DNA of 64,000 nucleotides from Candidatus Latescibacterota bacterium (GTDB lineage: Bacteria > Latescibacterota > UBA2968 > GCA-2709665). Below, in pieces: positions 55,731-64,000 of the stretch (within the stretch, counting starts at the first letter, position 1; every line of letters starts with the position of its first letter). Under the pieces are notes generated by a model, which saw only the letters and a list, made by a program, of their open reading frames with translations, was not told the DNA's origin and did no database searches. A program made the position numbers and the translations under genes. The stretch is taken from positions 5,280,001 to 5,344,000 of the forward strand of contig OZ244937.1 in NCBI GenBank assembly GCA_965222075.1, written 5' to 3'.

Positions 55731-56737
55731 AACCTGTAGGGATCGGAGTCGTCGGGTTGGGTAACTTCGGCGAGGTGCATATCCGGGCGATCAGCCGGAT
55801 GCCGGAATTCGAGCTGGTCGCGGTCTGTTCGCGCTCGGCGGAGCGGGCCGAGCAGATTGCAGAGACGTATGGCGTGCGCGGGCGGTATACCGACCCGCAC
55901 GAGCTGGCGGCCGACCCGGAGGTCGAGGCGGTGGATGTGGTGACCGGGGTGGCGCGGCACGCCGAGGTGATGCAGATCGCGCTGGCCGCAGGGAAACACG
56001 TCCTGGTGGAGAAGCCGCTGAGCGCGCGGATGGACGAGACCGAAGCGGTGCTGAAACTGGCTGAAGAGAAGGATCGCATCGTGATGGTCGGCTATGTCGA
56101 GCGCTACGATCCGAGGCGGGCGATGATCCGGGAGCGGGTCGCGTCGGGCGAACTGGGGGAGATCGTGTCGCTCTACGGGCGCCGCAATTGCGGCGTGGAG
56201 TATCTGAGTTGGCCACGCTTCCAGCGCTGGCCTCTCATTATCGAGCCGGGCATCCACACGGTGGACATGATGAGCTGGCTGACCGAATCGCGTGTGGAGA
56301 AGGTCTACGCGGTGGGCCGGTGCCACAACGAGTGGAATGTTACCGATACCTGGCTGGCCACTCTGGAGTTTGCAAGCGGGGCGGTGGGCGTGATCGAGCA
56401 GGTCTGGCAGATGCCCGAAGGGAGCGCATCCGAGTTCGACCAGGACAATGTCCTGGAGGTGATCGGCACGAAGGGCACCGTACAGATGCACGATCCGACC
56501 GATGCCTTCTGGGTCTGGGCCTCGGGGAAAACCCTGAGTCCCGATTTCTACCTGCTCCCCGAAGTGGCCGGGCAGGTCGTGGGCGCACTGCGCAATGAGC
56601 TGAGCTACTTTGCACGATGCGTGGTGAGCGGCGAGTGGCCGGCGCTGGGCACACCGGACGAGATCCGGCATACGACGGAGGTTGGATTGGCTATCGTCGA
56701 GTCGGCAGCACAGGGCCGGCCGATTGAGCTGGATTGA
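55727..56737 (+). CDS. Gfo/Idh/MocA oxidoreductase
   Basis: GVVGLGNFG; GKHVLVEKP; GIHTVD. Confidence 0.9.
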   Translation: MKPVGIGVVGLGNFGEVHIRAISRMPEFELVAVCSRSAERAEQIAETYGVRGRYTDPHELAADPEVEAVDVVTGVARHAEVMQIALAAGKHVLVEKPLSARMDETEAVLKLAEEKDRIVMVGYVERYDPRRAMIRERVASGELGEIVSLYGRRNCGVEYLSWPRFQRWPLIIEPGIHTVDMMSWLTESRVEKVYAVGRCHNEWNVTDTWLATLEFASGAVGVIEQVWQMPEGSASEFDQDNVLEVIGTKGTVQMHDPTDAFWVWASGKTLSPDFYLLPEVAGQVVGALRNELSYFARCVVSGEWPALGTPDEIRHTTEVGLAIVESAAQGRPIELD

Positions 56738-56791
56738 TTCTCCTGATTAAAGAATGACCGTTAACCCGGGTGGTGAGAAAGGAGCTATGAA

Positions 56792-57733
56792 ATGCCATCG
56801 AATTTTCTCGAACGTCTGGCCGAAGGTCCGCTGCTCTGCGACGGGGGGTACGTCCTGGAGCTTGAGCGCCGTTGTGTCGGCAGCGGCGTGACCGGCGGCG
56901 TACCCATGTCGGTCCTGAATTACCCAGAAGGGGTGCTGGAACTCCACAGGGAGTTCGCACGGGCAGGCGCAGAGGTGCTGCAGGCGATGTCTTGGGGTGT
57001 GCGACCGATGGAACGAGATGAAGAACTCAACCACAGGGCCGTGGAATTGGCCCGGGAAGCGGCCGGTCCGGACCGATTTGTTGCAGGCACCCTCAGTTCC
57101 TACACGTATAACGGCAGAAAGTTTGAGAAGTTGACCAGGAAACAGCAGGTCGAAGCCCAAAAACTCTTCGATCGATATATCGGGTCGCAGGTGGAGGCAG
57201 GCGTCGATCTTATGATCGCCGAGACGTTTCTCTCGGTAGACGAGGCGATTCTGGCCATTCCGTTCATCAAACAGGCCGGTGTTCCGGCAGTGGTGACAGT
57301 GAGCTTCTGGGTGACTGACTTTACCCGAGAGGGGTATACACCGGCTGGAGCTGCGAAGCGGCTGGTTGATCACGGTGCCGATGTGGTGGGTGTGAACTGC
57401 GCGCGGCCGTGGCAGACGACGGGGCATCTTATGCGCCAGATGCGAGATGCGGTGTCCGCACCCCTCTGTTCACAGCCCACTGCATATGAGCTGGCGCCGG
57501 GTGAGGTACGCAACCGTTCGATGGCTTCGGCGGGGACGCTGCAGAACCGGGTGGAGCCCAGGTACCTTCCCCGGCTAGAGATGGCCAATTACGCTGCTGA
57601 GGCGAAGGGCATCGGCATCGGCCTGATCGGTTCGTGCTGCGGCTCACTGCCGTACCACGTCCGTGCGATGGCCAGGGCCCTTGACAAGCCGGTGGAAGTG
57701 CCGGACGTGGACCGGGGCCATTATCCTACTTAA
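56792..57733 (+). CDS. Homocysteine S-methyltransferase family (BHMT-like)
   Basis: LCDGG; HREFARAGA; GVNC; IGSCCG Zn ligands. Confidence 0.9.
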   Translation: MPSNFLERLAEGPLLCDGGYVLELERRCVGSGVTGGVPMSVLNYPEGVLELHREFARAGAEVLQAMSWGVRPMERDEELNHRAVELAREAAGPDRFVAGTLSSYTYNGRKFEKLTRKQQVEAQKLFDRYIGSQVEAGVDLMIAETFLSVDEAILAIPFIKQAGVPAVVTVSFWVTDFTREGYTPAGAAKRLVDHGADVVGVNCARPWQTTGHLMRQMRDAVSAPLCSQPTAYELAPGEVRNRSMASAGTLQNRVEPRYLPRLEMANYAAEAKGIGIGLIGSCCGSLPYHVRAMARALDKPVEVPDVDRGHYPT

Positions 57734-57749
57734 ATGAGAGGAGAATAGA

Positions 57750-58727
57750 ATGGCGCGCGCGCCGCTTTATGTGAGTATGACGATGGATGTGGAGCGGATT
57801 ATCGAACTCTCGCCGACAGGGGGTCCCCCTTCATGGGAGTTCGCCGAGCGATCGGTGCGGTCCTTCTGCGGGTTGCTGGCCGAACACGATCTGCCCGCCA
57901 CGCTGTTTGTGGTGCCCGATACGGCCACCGAACAGGCGAAGATGCTGCGGGAGGTGGCCAGCGAGACGGGGTCGGAGGTGGGGATGCACTTTCACGCACA
58001 GAGCTGGCGGGATCACTACCGGGAGCCAGAGGCGTACGATTACTTTGGGGGGTATGCTGCGGAGGAGCAGTATAAGTTTTTGTCTGCGGGCAGGGAGCAG
58101 GTGGCGGAGGCGGTGGGTGAGGCTCCTGTGGCGTTTCGGCCTGGGAATTTTTCGGCGAACGATGCGACGTTTGGTGCGCTTGTGGACGCCGGGTTCACCC
58201 ACGGGAGCGTGAGCCAGCCCGGTCGGGCGTTAACGCGTATGAAGGCGGTCTGGGCCGGGGCGAGCAGTCCCCCTCGCCCGGGGTCGCGCGCCGTGAGGGA
58301 GGGCTGGCGGGATACGCATCTGGACGTGCACCGGGCGAACCGAACGTTCCGGATGGTGCCGGGGGACCTGGACTTCATCGAGGTGCCCCTGGTGAGCGAC
58401 CAGACCCGGTCGGATCACTGGGTGGGGGTGGGCGATGTGCGGCTGGAGGAGGCGAGCGTGGAGGAGGTGGAGCAGACGGTACGGCAGCACGTGGCCCGTC
58501 AGGTGTCGGAGGAGGTGGTTTTCAAGCACGTGTGTCTGTTTGGTCACAACACGGGCAATTTCTGGTCGTCAGACGAGTCGGAAGATGGGAGTCGTGGTGT
58601 GCTGGAGGCGTCGGCGGTGAAGGTTCGGGAGGTTGCGGAGGCGTATGGGTTGGAGGTGAAGGGGGTGACGCTGAAGGAGGTGCGGGAGGCGTTCTTATCG
58701 GCGGAGGGAGCGGGGCGGTTTGAGTAG
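57750..58727 (+). CDS. Polysaccharide deacetylase-like protein
   Basis: TMDVE; ATLFV; EVGMHFH; FRPGNF. Confidence 0.75.
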   Translation: MARAPLYVSMTMDVERIIELSPTGGPPSWEFAERSVRSFCGLLAEHDLPATLFVVPDTATEQAKMLREVASETGSEVGMHFHAQSWRDHYREPEAYDYFGGYAAEEQYKFLSAGREQVAEAVGEAPVAFRPGNFSANDATFGALVDAGFTHGSVSQPGRALTRMKAVWAGASSPPRPGSRAVREGWRDTHLDVHRANRTFRMVPGDLDFIEVPLVSDQTRSDHWVGVGDVRLEEASVEEVEQTVRQHVARQVSEEVVFKHVCLFGHNTGNFWSSDESEDGSRGVLEASAVKVREVAEAYGLEVKGVTLKEVREAFLSAEGAGRFE

Positions 58728-58765
58728 AGCCTGACCTGTCATGCAATTTCACACCCGGAGGAAGT

Positions 58766-60040
58766 ATGGTGACGACAGAGCTGGCCCTCCACGGAGGGCC
58801 GAAGGCGGTGACGATCGAGGACCCGGAGGGGTGGCGCGCGTTCGGGAGGGAGGAGGTTGACCTGGTGGGGCGCATGGCGGCGGACGCGGAGCTTTCGGGA
58901 AATGGAGCGGGGATTACGAAGGAGTTTGAGGAGGGATTTGCCAGGTATGTGGGGCGGCCCTATGCGCTGTCGCAGATGAGCGGGACGACGACGCTGTGGG
59001 CGGCCTACTTTGCGGTAGGGGTGGGACCGGGGGACGAGGTGATCCACCCGACCTACGCCTGGATCGGGTCGGTTGCACCGGCGGTGTTCTTAGGCGCCCG
59101 GCCGGTGTTCTGCGAGGTGGATCCGCAGACGCTGACAGCCGATCCGGAGGACATCGAGCGGCGGATCACGGTCCGCACCCGGGCGATCTGCGTGGTGCAC
59201 CTGTTTGGCAATCCATGCGATATGGACGCGATTATGGAGATCTCCCGCCGCTATGGGATCCCGGTGATCGAGGATTGCTCGCACGCGCACGGGGCGGAGT
59301 GGGACGGGAAGGTGGTGGGATCGATCGGGGAGATCGGGTGTTTCTCACTGAAGGGAGAGGGGAGGGGGGCGTTGAGCGTGGGAGAGGGAGGGATCGTGGT
59401 GACGGAAAAGCGGGAGTATTACGAGCGACTTCTGATCTGCGGGCACCTGAACCGAGTGGGGGTGATCGAGGAGCTGACGCGGCCGGAGTATCGGGCGTTG
59501 CGCAACTCGTGTCTGGGCATCAAGCTTCGGGCGCACGCGCTGGGGATGGGGCTGGGACGGGAGCAGGTCCGGAAGTTAGATGAGGTCAACGAGAAGCGGC
59601 GGGCGGTGCACCGACGGTTGAACCGGATCGCGGAGGAGATTCCGGGTCTGGAGCCGGTGGTGGTCCTGGAGAAGGCGACGCCGGGGGGCTTTTACGGGTA
59701 TCGGCTGCTCTACCGGCCGGAGGCGTTGGGCGGGCTTTCGGCCGAGACGTTTGTGGAGGCGCTGCAGGCGGAGGGGGCAGAGGTGGCGGGATGCGATTTT
59801 CCGCTGCTGCACACCCTGCGGCTGTTTGCAGAGGGGTTCGATCTCTACGGGGAAAACCGGGGTCCGCTGGCGGGGGACTACCCGGGCTACAAAGAGGGGG
59901 ACCTGCCGGTTTCTGAGGCGGTGCACAAACGGGTGCTGGCGCTGCCGGGGTTCACGGATCCGAAGCCTGGGGTGTTGGAGGCGTATATGGAGGCGTTTCG
60001 GAAGGTAGCGGCAAATGCGGGAGCGCTGAAGAACGTTTGA
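58766..60040 (+). CDS. DegT/DnrJ/EryC1/StrS aminotransferase-like (canonical Lys displaced)
   Basis: GVGPGDEVI; VHLFG; IEDCSHAHG; FSLKGEGRGALSVGEGG. Confidence 0.9.
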   Translation: MVTTELALHGGPKAVTIEDPEGWRAFGREEVDLVGRMAADAELSGNGAGITKEFEEGFARYVGRPYALSQMSGTTTLWAAYFAVGVGPGDEVIHPTYAWIGSVAPAVFLGARPVFCEVDPQTLTADPEDIERRITVRTRAICVVHLFGNPCDMDAIMEISRRYGIPVIEDCSHAHGAEWDGKVVGSIGEIGCFSLKGEGRGALSVGEGGIVVTEKREYYERLLICGHLNRVGVIEELTRPEYRALRNSCLGIKLRAHALGMGLGREQVRKLDEVNEKRRAVHRRLNRIAEEIPGLEPVVVLEKATPGGFYGYRLLYRPEALGGLSAETFVEALQAEGAEVAGCDFPLLHTLRLFAEGFDLYGENRGPLAGDYPGYKEGDLPVSEAVHKRVLALPGFTDPKPGVLEAYMEAFRKVAANAGALKNV

Positions 60041-60126
60041 ACGTTGGAGTGTACCCGGGGCAGGGCGTTTGGAACTTCCACAGGACCAAATTTCAATATG
60101 GATTGGATCATTTGGAGGACAGGGTA

Positions 60127-61443
60127 ATGGCACGGGCAAACGGAAAGCTGGCAATCCTGGGCGGGCCGAAGGCGGTGACGATCGAGCGGCTGGACCGGTG
60201 GGAGGCGATGCCGGAGGAGATGGTCCAGCGGGTGATGCAGGTTGTGGAGGGGGGCGATATTTCGACGCAGAGGGATCAGATTGCCCGGGAGCTGGAGGAG
60301 GCGTTTGCAACGTTTATCGGGGCGGAATATACGCTGGCTCAGCACAGCGGCACCTCGACGTTCTGGGCGTCCTACTTTGCGGTAGGGGTGGGACCGGGAG
60401 ACGAGATGATCCACCCCAATACGACCTGGATCTCTGCGATTTCGCCGGGGATGTTCCTGGGGGCGCGGCCGGTGTTCTGTGAGCTGGATCCGAAGACGTT
60501 TCTGATCGATCCGGAGGATATCGAGAAGCGCATTACGCCCCGGACAAAGGCCATCTCCGTGGTCCACTGGGGGGGGAATGTGTGTGACATGGACGGGGTT
60601 ATGGATGTGGCCAACCGGCACGGCATCCCGGTGGTGGAGGACTGCTCGCACGCCCACGGGGCGAGCTTTGACGGGAAGGCGGTCGGGACGATCGGGGCGG
60701 CCGGGGGGTTCAGTTTCCAGGGGATACCGGGGCCTGGGAAGCCGGTCTGCGGGGGTGAGGCAGGGATGCTGGCGACGATGGACCGGCACCTGTACGAGCG
60801 GGCGCTGCTGTTCGCGCACATCGGTCGGCCGGGCCTGACCGACGAGTTGCAGGAGCCTGAACACGAGAAGCTGGCGCCCTACGGGCTGGGGCTGATGTTT
60901 CGGCCACATCCGCTGGCGCTGGCGATTGCGCAGATGCAGATGGGGCGGATCCGGGAGCAGAATGCGAAGCGGACGGCGTACGTGCAGTTGTTGAACAGGG
61001 GACTGGAGGAGATTCCGGGAATCGACCCCCTCTATGTCTACCCGAAGGCGCAGCCGGCGGGGTGGTTCATGGGGTTAACGGCCCGGTATCGGGCGGAGGA
61101 TCTGGGGGGGCTGCCGAGGGAGAGGTACTGCGAGGCGTTAAGGGCCGAGGGGGTCGAAGTGCTAGAGGCCGGCCAGTCCCACGTGAGTTGGGATCACCGA
61201 GGTCATGGGGTGCCGTATCACATGTTGCCGTTGTTTGCCAGGGGATTCGACTTATACACCCACGGACGAGGTCCGATGTGGGAGGGGTATGAGGGGTATG
61301 CGCCGGAGGATTTTCCGCAGACCCGGGAGGCGCTTTCGAGAATGCTGCGTCTGCCGATGCTGACGGATCCCGATGAGGGGGCGGTGGAGCAGTTCTTGGA
61401 GGCGTTCCGGAAGGTGGCGGAGAGCTGCAAGTCGCTCCTGTAG
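60127..61443 (+). CDS. DegT/DnrJ/EryC1/StrS aminotransferase
   Basis: VEDCSHAHG; FSFQGIPGPGKPVCGGEAG; paralog of the upstream gene. Confidence 0.9.
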   Translation: MARANGKLAILGGPKAVTIERLDRWEAMPEEMVQRVMQVVEGGDISTQRDQIARELEEAFATFIGAEYTLAQHSGTSTFWASYFAVGVGPGDEMIHPNTTWISAISPGMFLGARPVFCELDPKTFLIDPEDIEKRITPRTKAISVVHWGGNVCDMDGVMDVANRHGIPVVEDCSHAHGASFDGKAVGTIGAAGGFSFQGIPGPGKPVCGGEAGMLATMDRHLYERALLFAHIGRPGLTDELQEPEHEKLAPYGLGLMFRPHPLALAIAQMQMGRIREQNAKRTAYVQLLNRGLEEIPGIDPLYVYPKAQPAGWFMGLTARYRAEDLGGLPRERYCEALRAEGVEVLEAGQSHVSWDHRGHGVPYHMLPLFARGFDLYTHGRGPMWEGYEGYAPEDFPQTREALSRMLRLPMLTDPDEGAVEQFLEAFRKVAESCKSLL

Positions 61444-61451
61444 GCGCTCGC

Positions 61452-61478
61452 CTGCTCGAGGCGGTCCCGAGCAGCTAC
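61452..61478 (-). repeat. GTAG-type REP-like hairpin
   Basis: Minus strand GTAG-CTGCTCG-GGACCGCCT-CGAGCAG. Confidence 0.5.
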
Positions 61479-61514
61479 AACGAGGTCTGCTTTTGCAATG
61501 GAGGATAGACAGCC

Positions 61515-63335
61515 ATGTCAGCGGAGGCGAAACAGCCGGTGCTCGTGCTGCTGCGGCGGTGGGCAGGGGCGCCGTTTAATCCGTATCTGGAGGAGATCCT
61601 CCGGATGGAGGGGTATTTCTGCTACCGGGCCGAGGATGTGACAGATCGGACGATCGGGGATGGGGTGCTGGGCGATGCGCCTGTGGCGGTGCTGGCGCGG
61701 ATGGAACTGTCGGCGGAGGAGATGGAGGCGCTGGGGCGCTACGTGGAGCGAGGGGGGCGGTTGATCGCATTTCGGCCCCCTGCGGCGCTGGCCGAACTGT
61801 TCGGGTGCCGGGTGCTGGAGGGGGCGTACAGCCTGGCATACAACAACTTCGTGGTGGTGGACCGGGAGCACCCGGCGACGCAAGGCTTTCCCGAGCGGGG
61901 ATTTCAGTTCAAGGGGGAGGCGGAACTCTACATGCCGGAGGAGGCAAACCGAATTGCCTCCTTCTGCGCGGAGCCGGATGAGCTGCTGCCGTTTGCGGGG
62001 GTGGCGCTGTGGTACCGGGGCAGAGGCGCGACGGCGCTGTTTGCGTACGACCCGGTGGAGACGGTGGTGCAGCTGCACCAGGGCAACCCGGAGCAGGCGT
62101 CGACGAGCAGCCGGCCGGACATAGACCGGGACAATATGTATAAGCCGAACGACCTGTTCGTGGGGGAGCTGGACGCGCGGATGAGGCTGGTGCCGCAGGC
62201 GGACCTGCATCAGGACCTGCTGGTGCGGGTGCTGCGGTTTCTGACAGATGGGGTGTTGCCGCTGCTGCGGGTGTGGCACTATCCAGGGGCGAAGCCGGCG
62301 CTGACGCTCCTGAACGGGGACAGCGATAGGATGGTGGATGGGGACCTGCAGCGGTTGGTGGAACTGGTCCGCCGGTATGGGGCGAGGTTCACGGTCTACG
62401 TGAGACGTGACGTACAGGAAGATCACTTCCCTCTGTTTCAGCCGGAGGCGATTCCGGATCTGAAGCGATGGGGATTCGACTTTGGGCCCCACCCCTACTG
62501 TGGGAGTTTGGCCCCCACGGTAGAACAGATGGCAGGGCACCTGGAGGAGATATCGGCGGGGTTCGAGAGACACTTCGGGTATCGGGCGACAAGCACACGG
62601 CACCATTGCGTGATCTGCCCGGGGTGGACGGAGACGTTCGAGACGCTGAGCCGGCTGGGCTACAGGATGGACACGAATCACATCGGGTGTCGCTATTTTT
62701 ACCCGGGGTATCTGTCGGGGAGCGGGCTGCCGTTCAAGTTCATCGACCGGAACGGCGAGATGATCGACCTCTACGAGCAGAATACGCAGCTGATGGATTT
62801 CCCTACGATGAATAAGCTGCTGCGGCTGACCCTTTCGGTGGATGAACATCTGGAGGCGGGACGACGGATCTTCCAGGAGTGTGTGGAGCGGTATCACACC
62901 GTCTTCCATCACTGTTTCCATCCAGCCATCCAGGGGGATGGGAAGTGGCAGGTATACGGGAGCTCGGGAGGAAATTACGGGGCAAAGGGGCTCTACAAGG
63001 CGCTGGAATTGACGCGGGACTACGGCATCCCGACAATTACGGGGGAATCCTGGTTGGCGTTCAACGATGGGCGGCGGTCGGTGCGGGTAAGGGTGGTCAA
63101 TGCAGAGGACGGTCGGTGTGGGTTCGAGCTGGAGGCTGGGCGCGCCGTCGAGGGGTTGACGTTGATGCTGCCGGGCCGAAGCAACGGGATGACGCTGTCG
63201 TCGGTAATAGTGGACGGGCAGCCGGTGGAGGTCGAGGTCGTGGGGTGGGAAGGGCTGGAGTGGGGAGTCTGGACGATGGACGTAGAGGCGGAGAGGTCCT
63301 ACAGGGTGGAGGGGAGCTATGGGCCGTGCTGGTGA
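61515..63335 (+). CDS. Uncharacterised protein: GATase-like N-domain plus deacetylase-like barrel
   Basis: YVERGGRLIAFRP; NGDSD; FGPHP; TRHH; YLSGSGLPFKF; CFHP. Confidence 0.6.
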   Translation: MSAEAKQPVLVLLRRWAGAPFNPYLEEILRMEGYFCYRAEDVTDRTIGDGVLGDAPVAVLARMELSAEEMEALGRYVERGGRLIAFRPPAALAELFGCRVLEGAYSLAYNNFVVVDREHPATQGFPERGFQFKGEAELYMPEEANRIASFCAEPDELLPFAGVALWYRGRGATALFAYDPVETVVQLHQGNPEQASTSSRPDIDRDNMYKPNDLFVGELDARMRLVPQADLHQDLLVRVLRFLTDGVLPLLRVWHYPGAKPALTLLNGDSDRMVDGDLQRLVELVRRYGARFTVYVRRDVQEDHFPLFQPEAIPDLKRWGFDFGPHPYCGSLAPTVEQMAGHLEEISAGFERHFGYRATSTRHHCVICPGWTETFETLSRLGYRMDTNHIGCRYFYPGYLSGSGLPFKFIDRNGEMIDLYEQNTQLMDFPTMNKLLRLTLSVDEHLEAGRRIFQECVERYHTVFHHCFHPAIQGDGKWQVYGSSGGNYGAKGLYKALELTRDYGIPTITGESWLAFNDGRRSVRVRVVNAEDGRCGFELEAGRAVEGLTLMLPGRSNGMTLSSVIVDGQPVEVEVVGWEGLEWGVWTMDVEAERSYRVEGSYGPCW

Positions 63336-63395
63336 ACGCGTCCCATCCGTCGAGACCGTGAAAACCGTAAGAACTTATCGAGTCGGAGGTGTGAG

Positions 63396-64000
63396 ATGGG
63401 GTCTCTGGAATTAACGGTCCGTTATTACCGGCTCTACCCTTATCCGGCCAGGTCTTTTCTGGGAGAGGCCGAGAAGACGTTGTCTCTTAAAGCGGACGAG
63501 ACCGCCTTCGTGTCGGTGCATTGCTGGAATATTGATACCCCTGAAGGGCCGAAGCCCATCCCTGAGCATACCGATTGTATGGGGTGGACGGAAGCCTATG
63601 CCCGGTCCATTCCGATCACTATTGAGCGCATAAAGCCGGCCATAGAGGCGGCACGGTCTGCGAGCATCCCCATTGTGCACGTCGCGTCTCCTTCTTACGC
63701 CTACCTCTATCCCCAGTGGCCGGTGTTGATGAAGCTGTCTCCCCCAGAACAGCCAGAGCCGGGTTCGGTTGAGGGCGGAAAATGGCATGAGGAGTTCACC
63801 GAGGAGGTCTTCGGCAAAGGCTACAACGAGGTCTGGGCGAGTATGTTGGAACCGGATGCTCAGCCCAAGCTGGACATTGCTGCTGTTGTCAAACCCCTGC
63901 CCCAGGATTACGTTGTCATTCACGGCACCCATCTGAACAGGATTTTGCGGGGCCTGGGGATCTGGAATTTGATCTACGTCGGTTTTGGCACGGCCGAGTG
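63396..64000 (+). CDS. Isochorismatase-like cysteine hydrolase (partial, runs off the window)
   Basis: RBS GGAGG; MGSLELTVRYY...TAFVSVHCWN...IEAARSASIPIVHV...GIWNLIYVGFGT; absent from the ORF track because it has no stop. Confidence 0.7.
   Translation, partial: MGSLELTVRYYRLYPYPARSFLGEAEKTLSLKADETAFVSVHCWNIDTPEGPKPIPEHTDCMGWTEAYARSIPITIERIKPAIEAARSASIPIVHVASPSYAYLYPQWPVLMKLSPPEQPEPGSVEGGKWHEEFTEEVFGKGYNEVWASMLEPDAQPKLDIAAVVKPLPQDYVVIHGTHLNRILRGLGIWNLIYVGFGTAE

Noticed and set aside
58766-61443. O-antigen or capsule biosynthesis locus
   Set aside because: No glycosyltransferase, nucleotidyltransferase, Wzx or Wzy in the window
622-63932. Long antisense ORFs (e.g. 622-2439, 31687-33633, 55256-56671, 61518-62921, 63411-63932)
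   Set aside because: Shadows of GC-rich plus-strand genes; Pro/Arg/His-rich with no motifs

Overview
GC-rich bacterial window. The gene families (PorV-like barrels, T9SS-CTD-like tails, GWxTD and DUF6785 proteins) suggest an FCB/PVC-related candidate phylum such as Latescibacterota; this is inference. There are four parts. (1) 715-13622: a hydrolase operon built around a 1500-aa membrane protein that fuses a catalytically degenerate M28 domain to a MacB/FtsX permease. (2) 13717-21393: a minus-strand integron-like cassette array with 7 complete and one half attC-like sites and an attI-like head site. It sits behind a decayed, co-oriented tyrosine recombinase that lacks the IntI-specific insertion, and the clearest attC-like sites lack the canonical extrahelical base. 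(3) 23621-49708: two paralogous three-gene modules, each ending in a terminator: TonB-dependent receptor, secreted protein with a T9SS-CTD-like tail, and PorV-like barrel. They are accompanied by TPR-GWxTD proteins, DUF6785 membrane proteins, a lyase-like enzyme, a LacI regulator and a small RNA, and look like a SusD-free, PUL-like uptake system. (4) 49858-64000: a catabolic cluster of oxygenases, amidohydrolases, dehydrogenases, a methyltransferase and DegT aminotransferases. Many junctions carry clipped gene ends, two of them deleted between visible microhomologies. No rRNA, tRNA or CRISPR array was seen. All family calls come from reading motifs, not from database searches.
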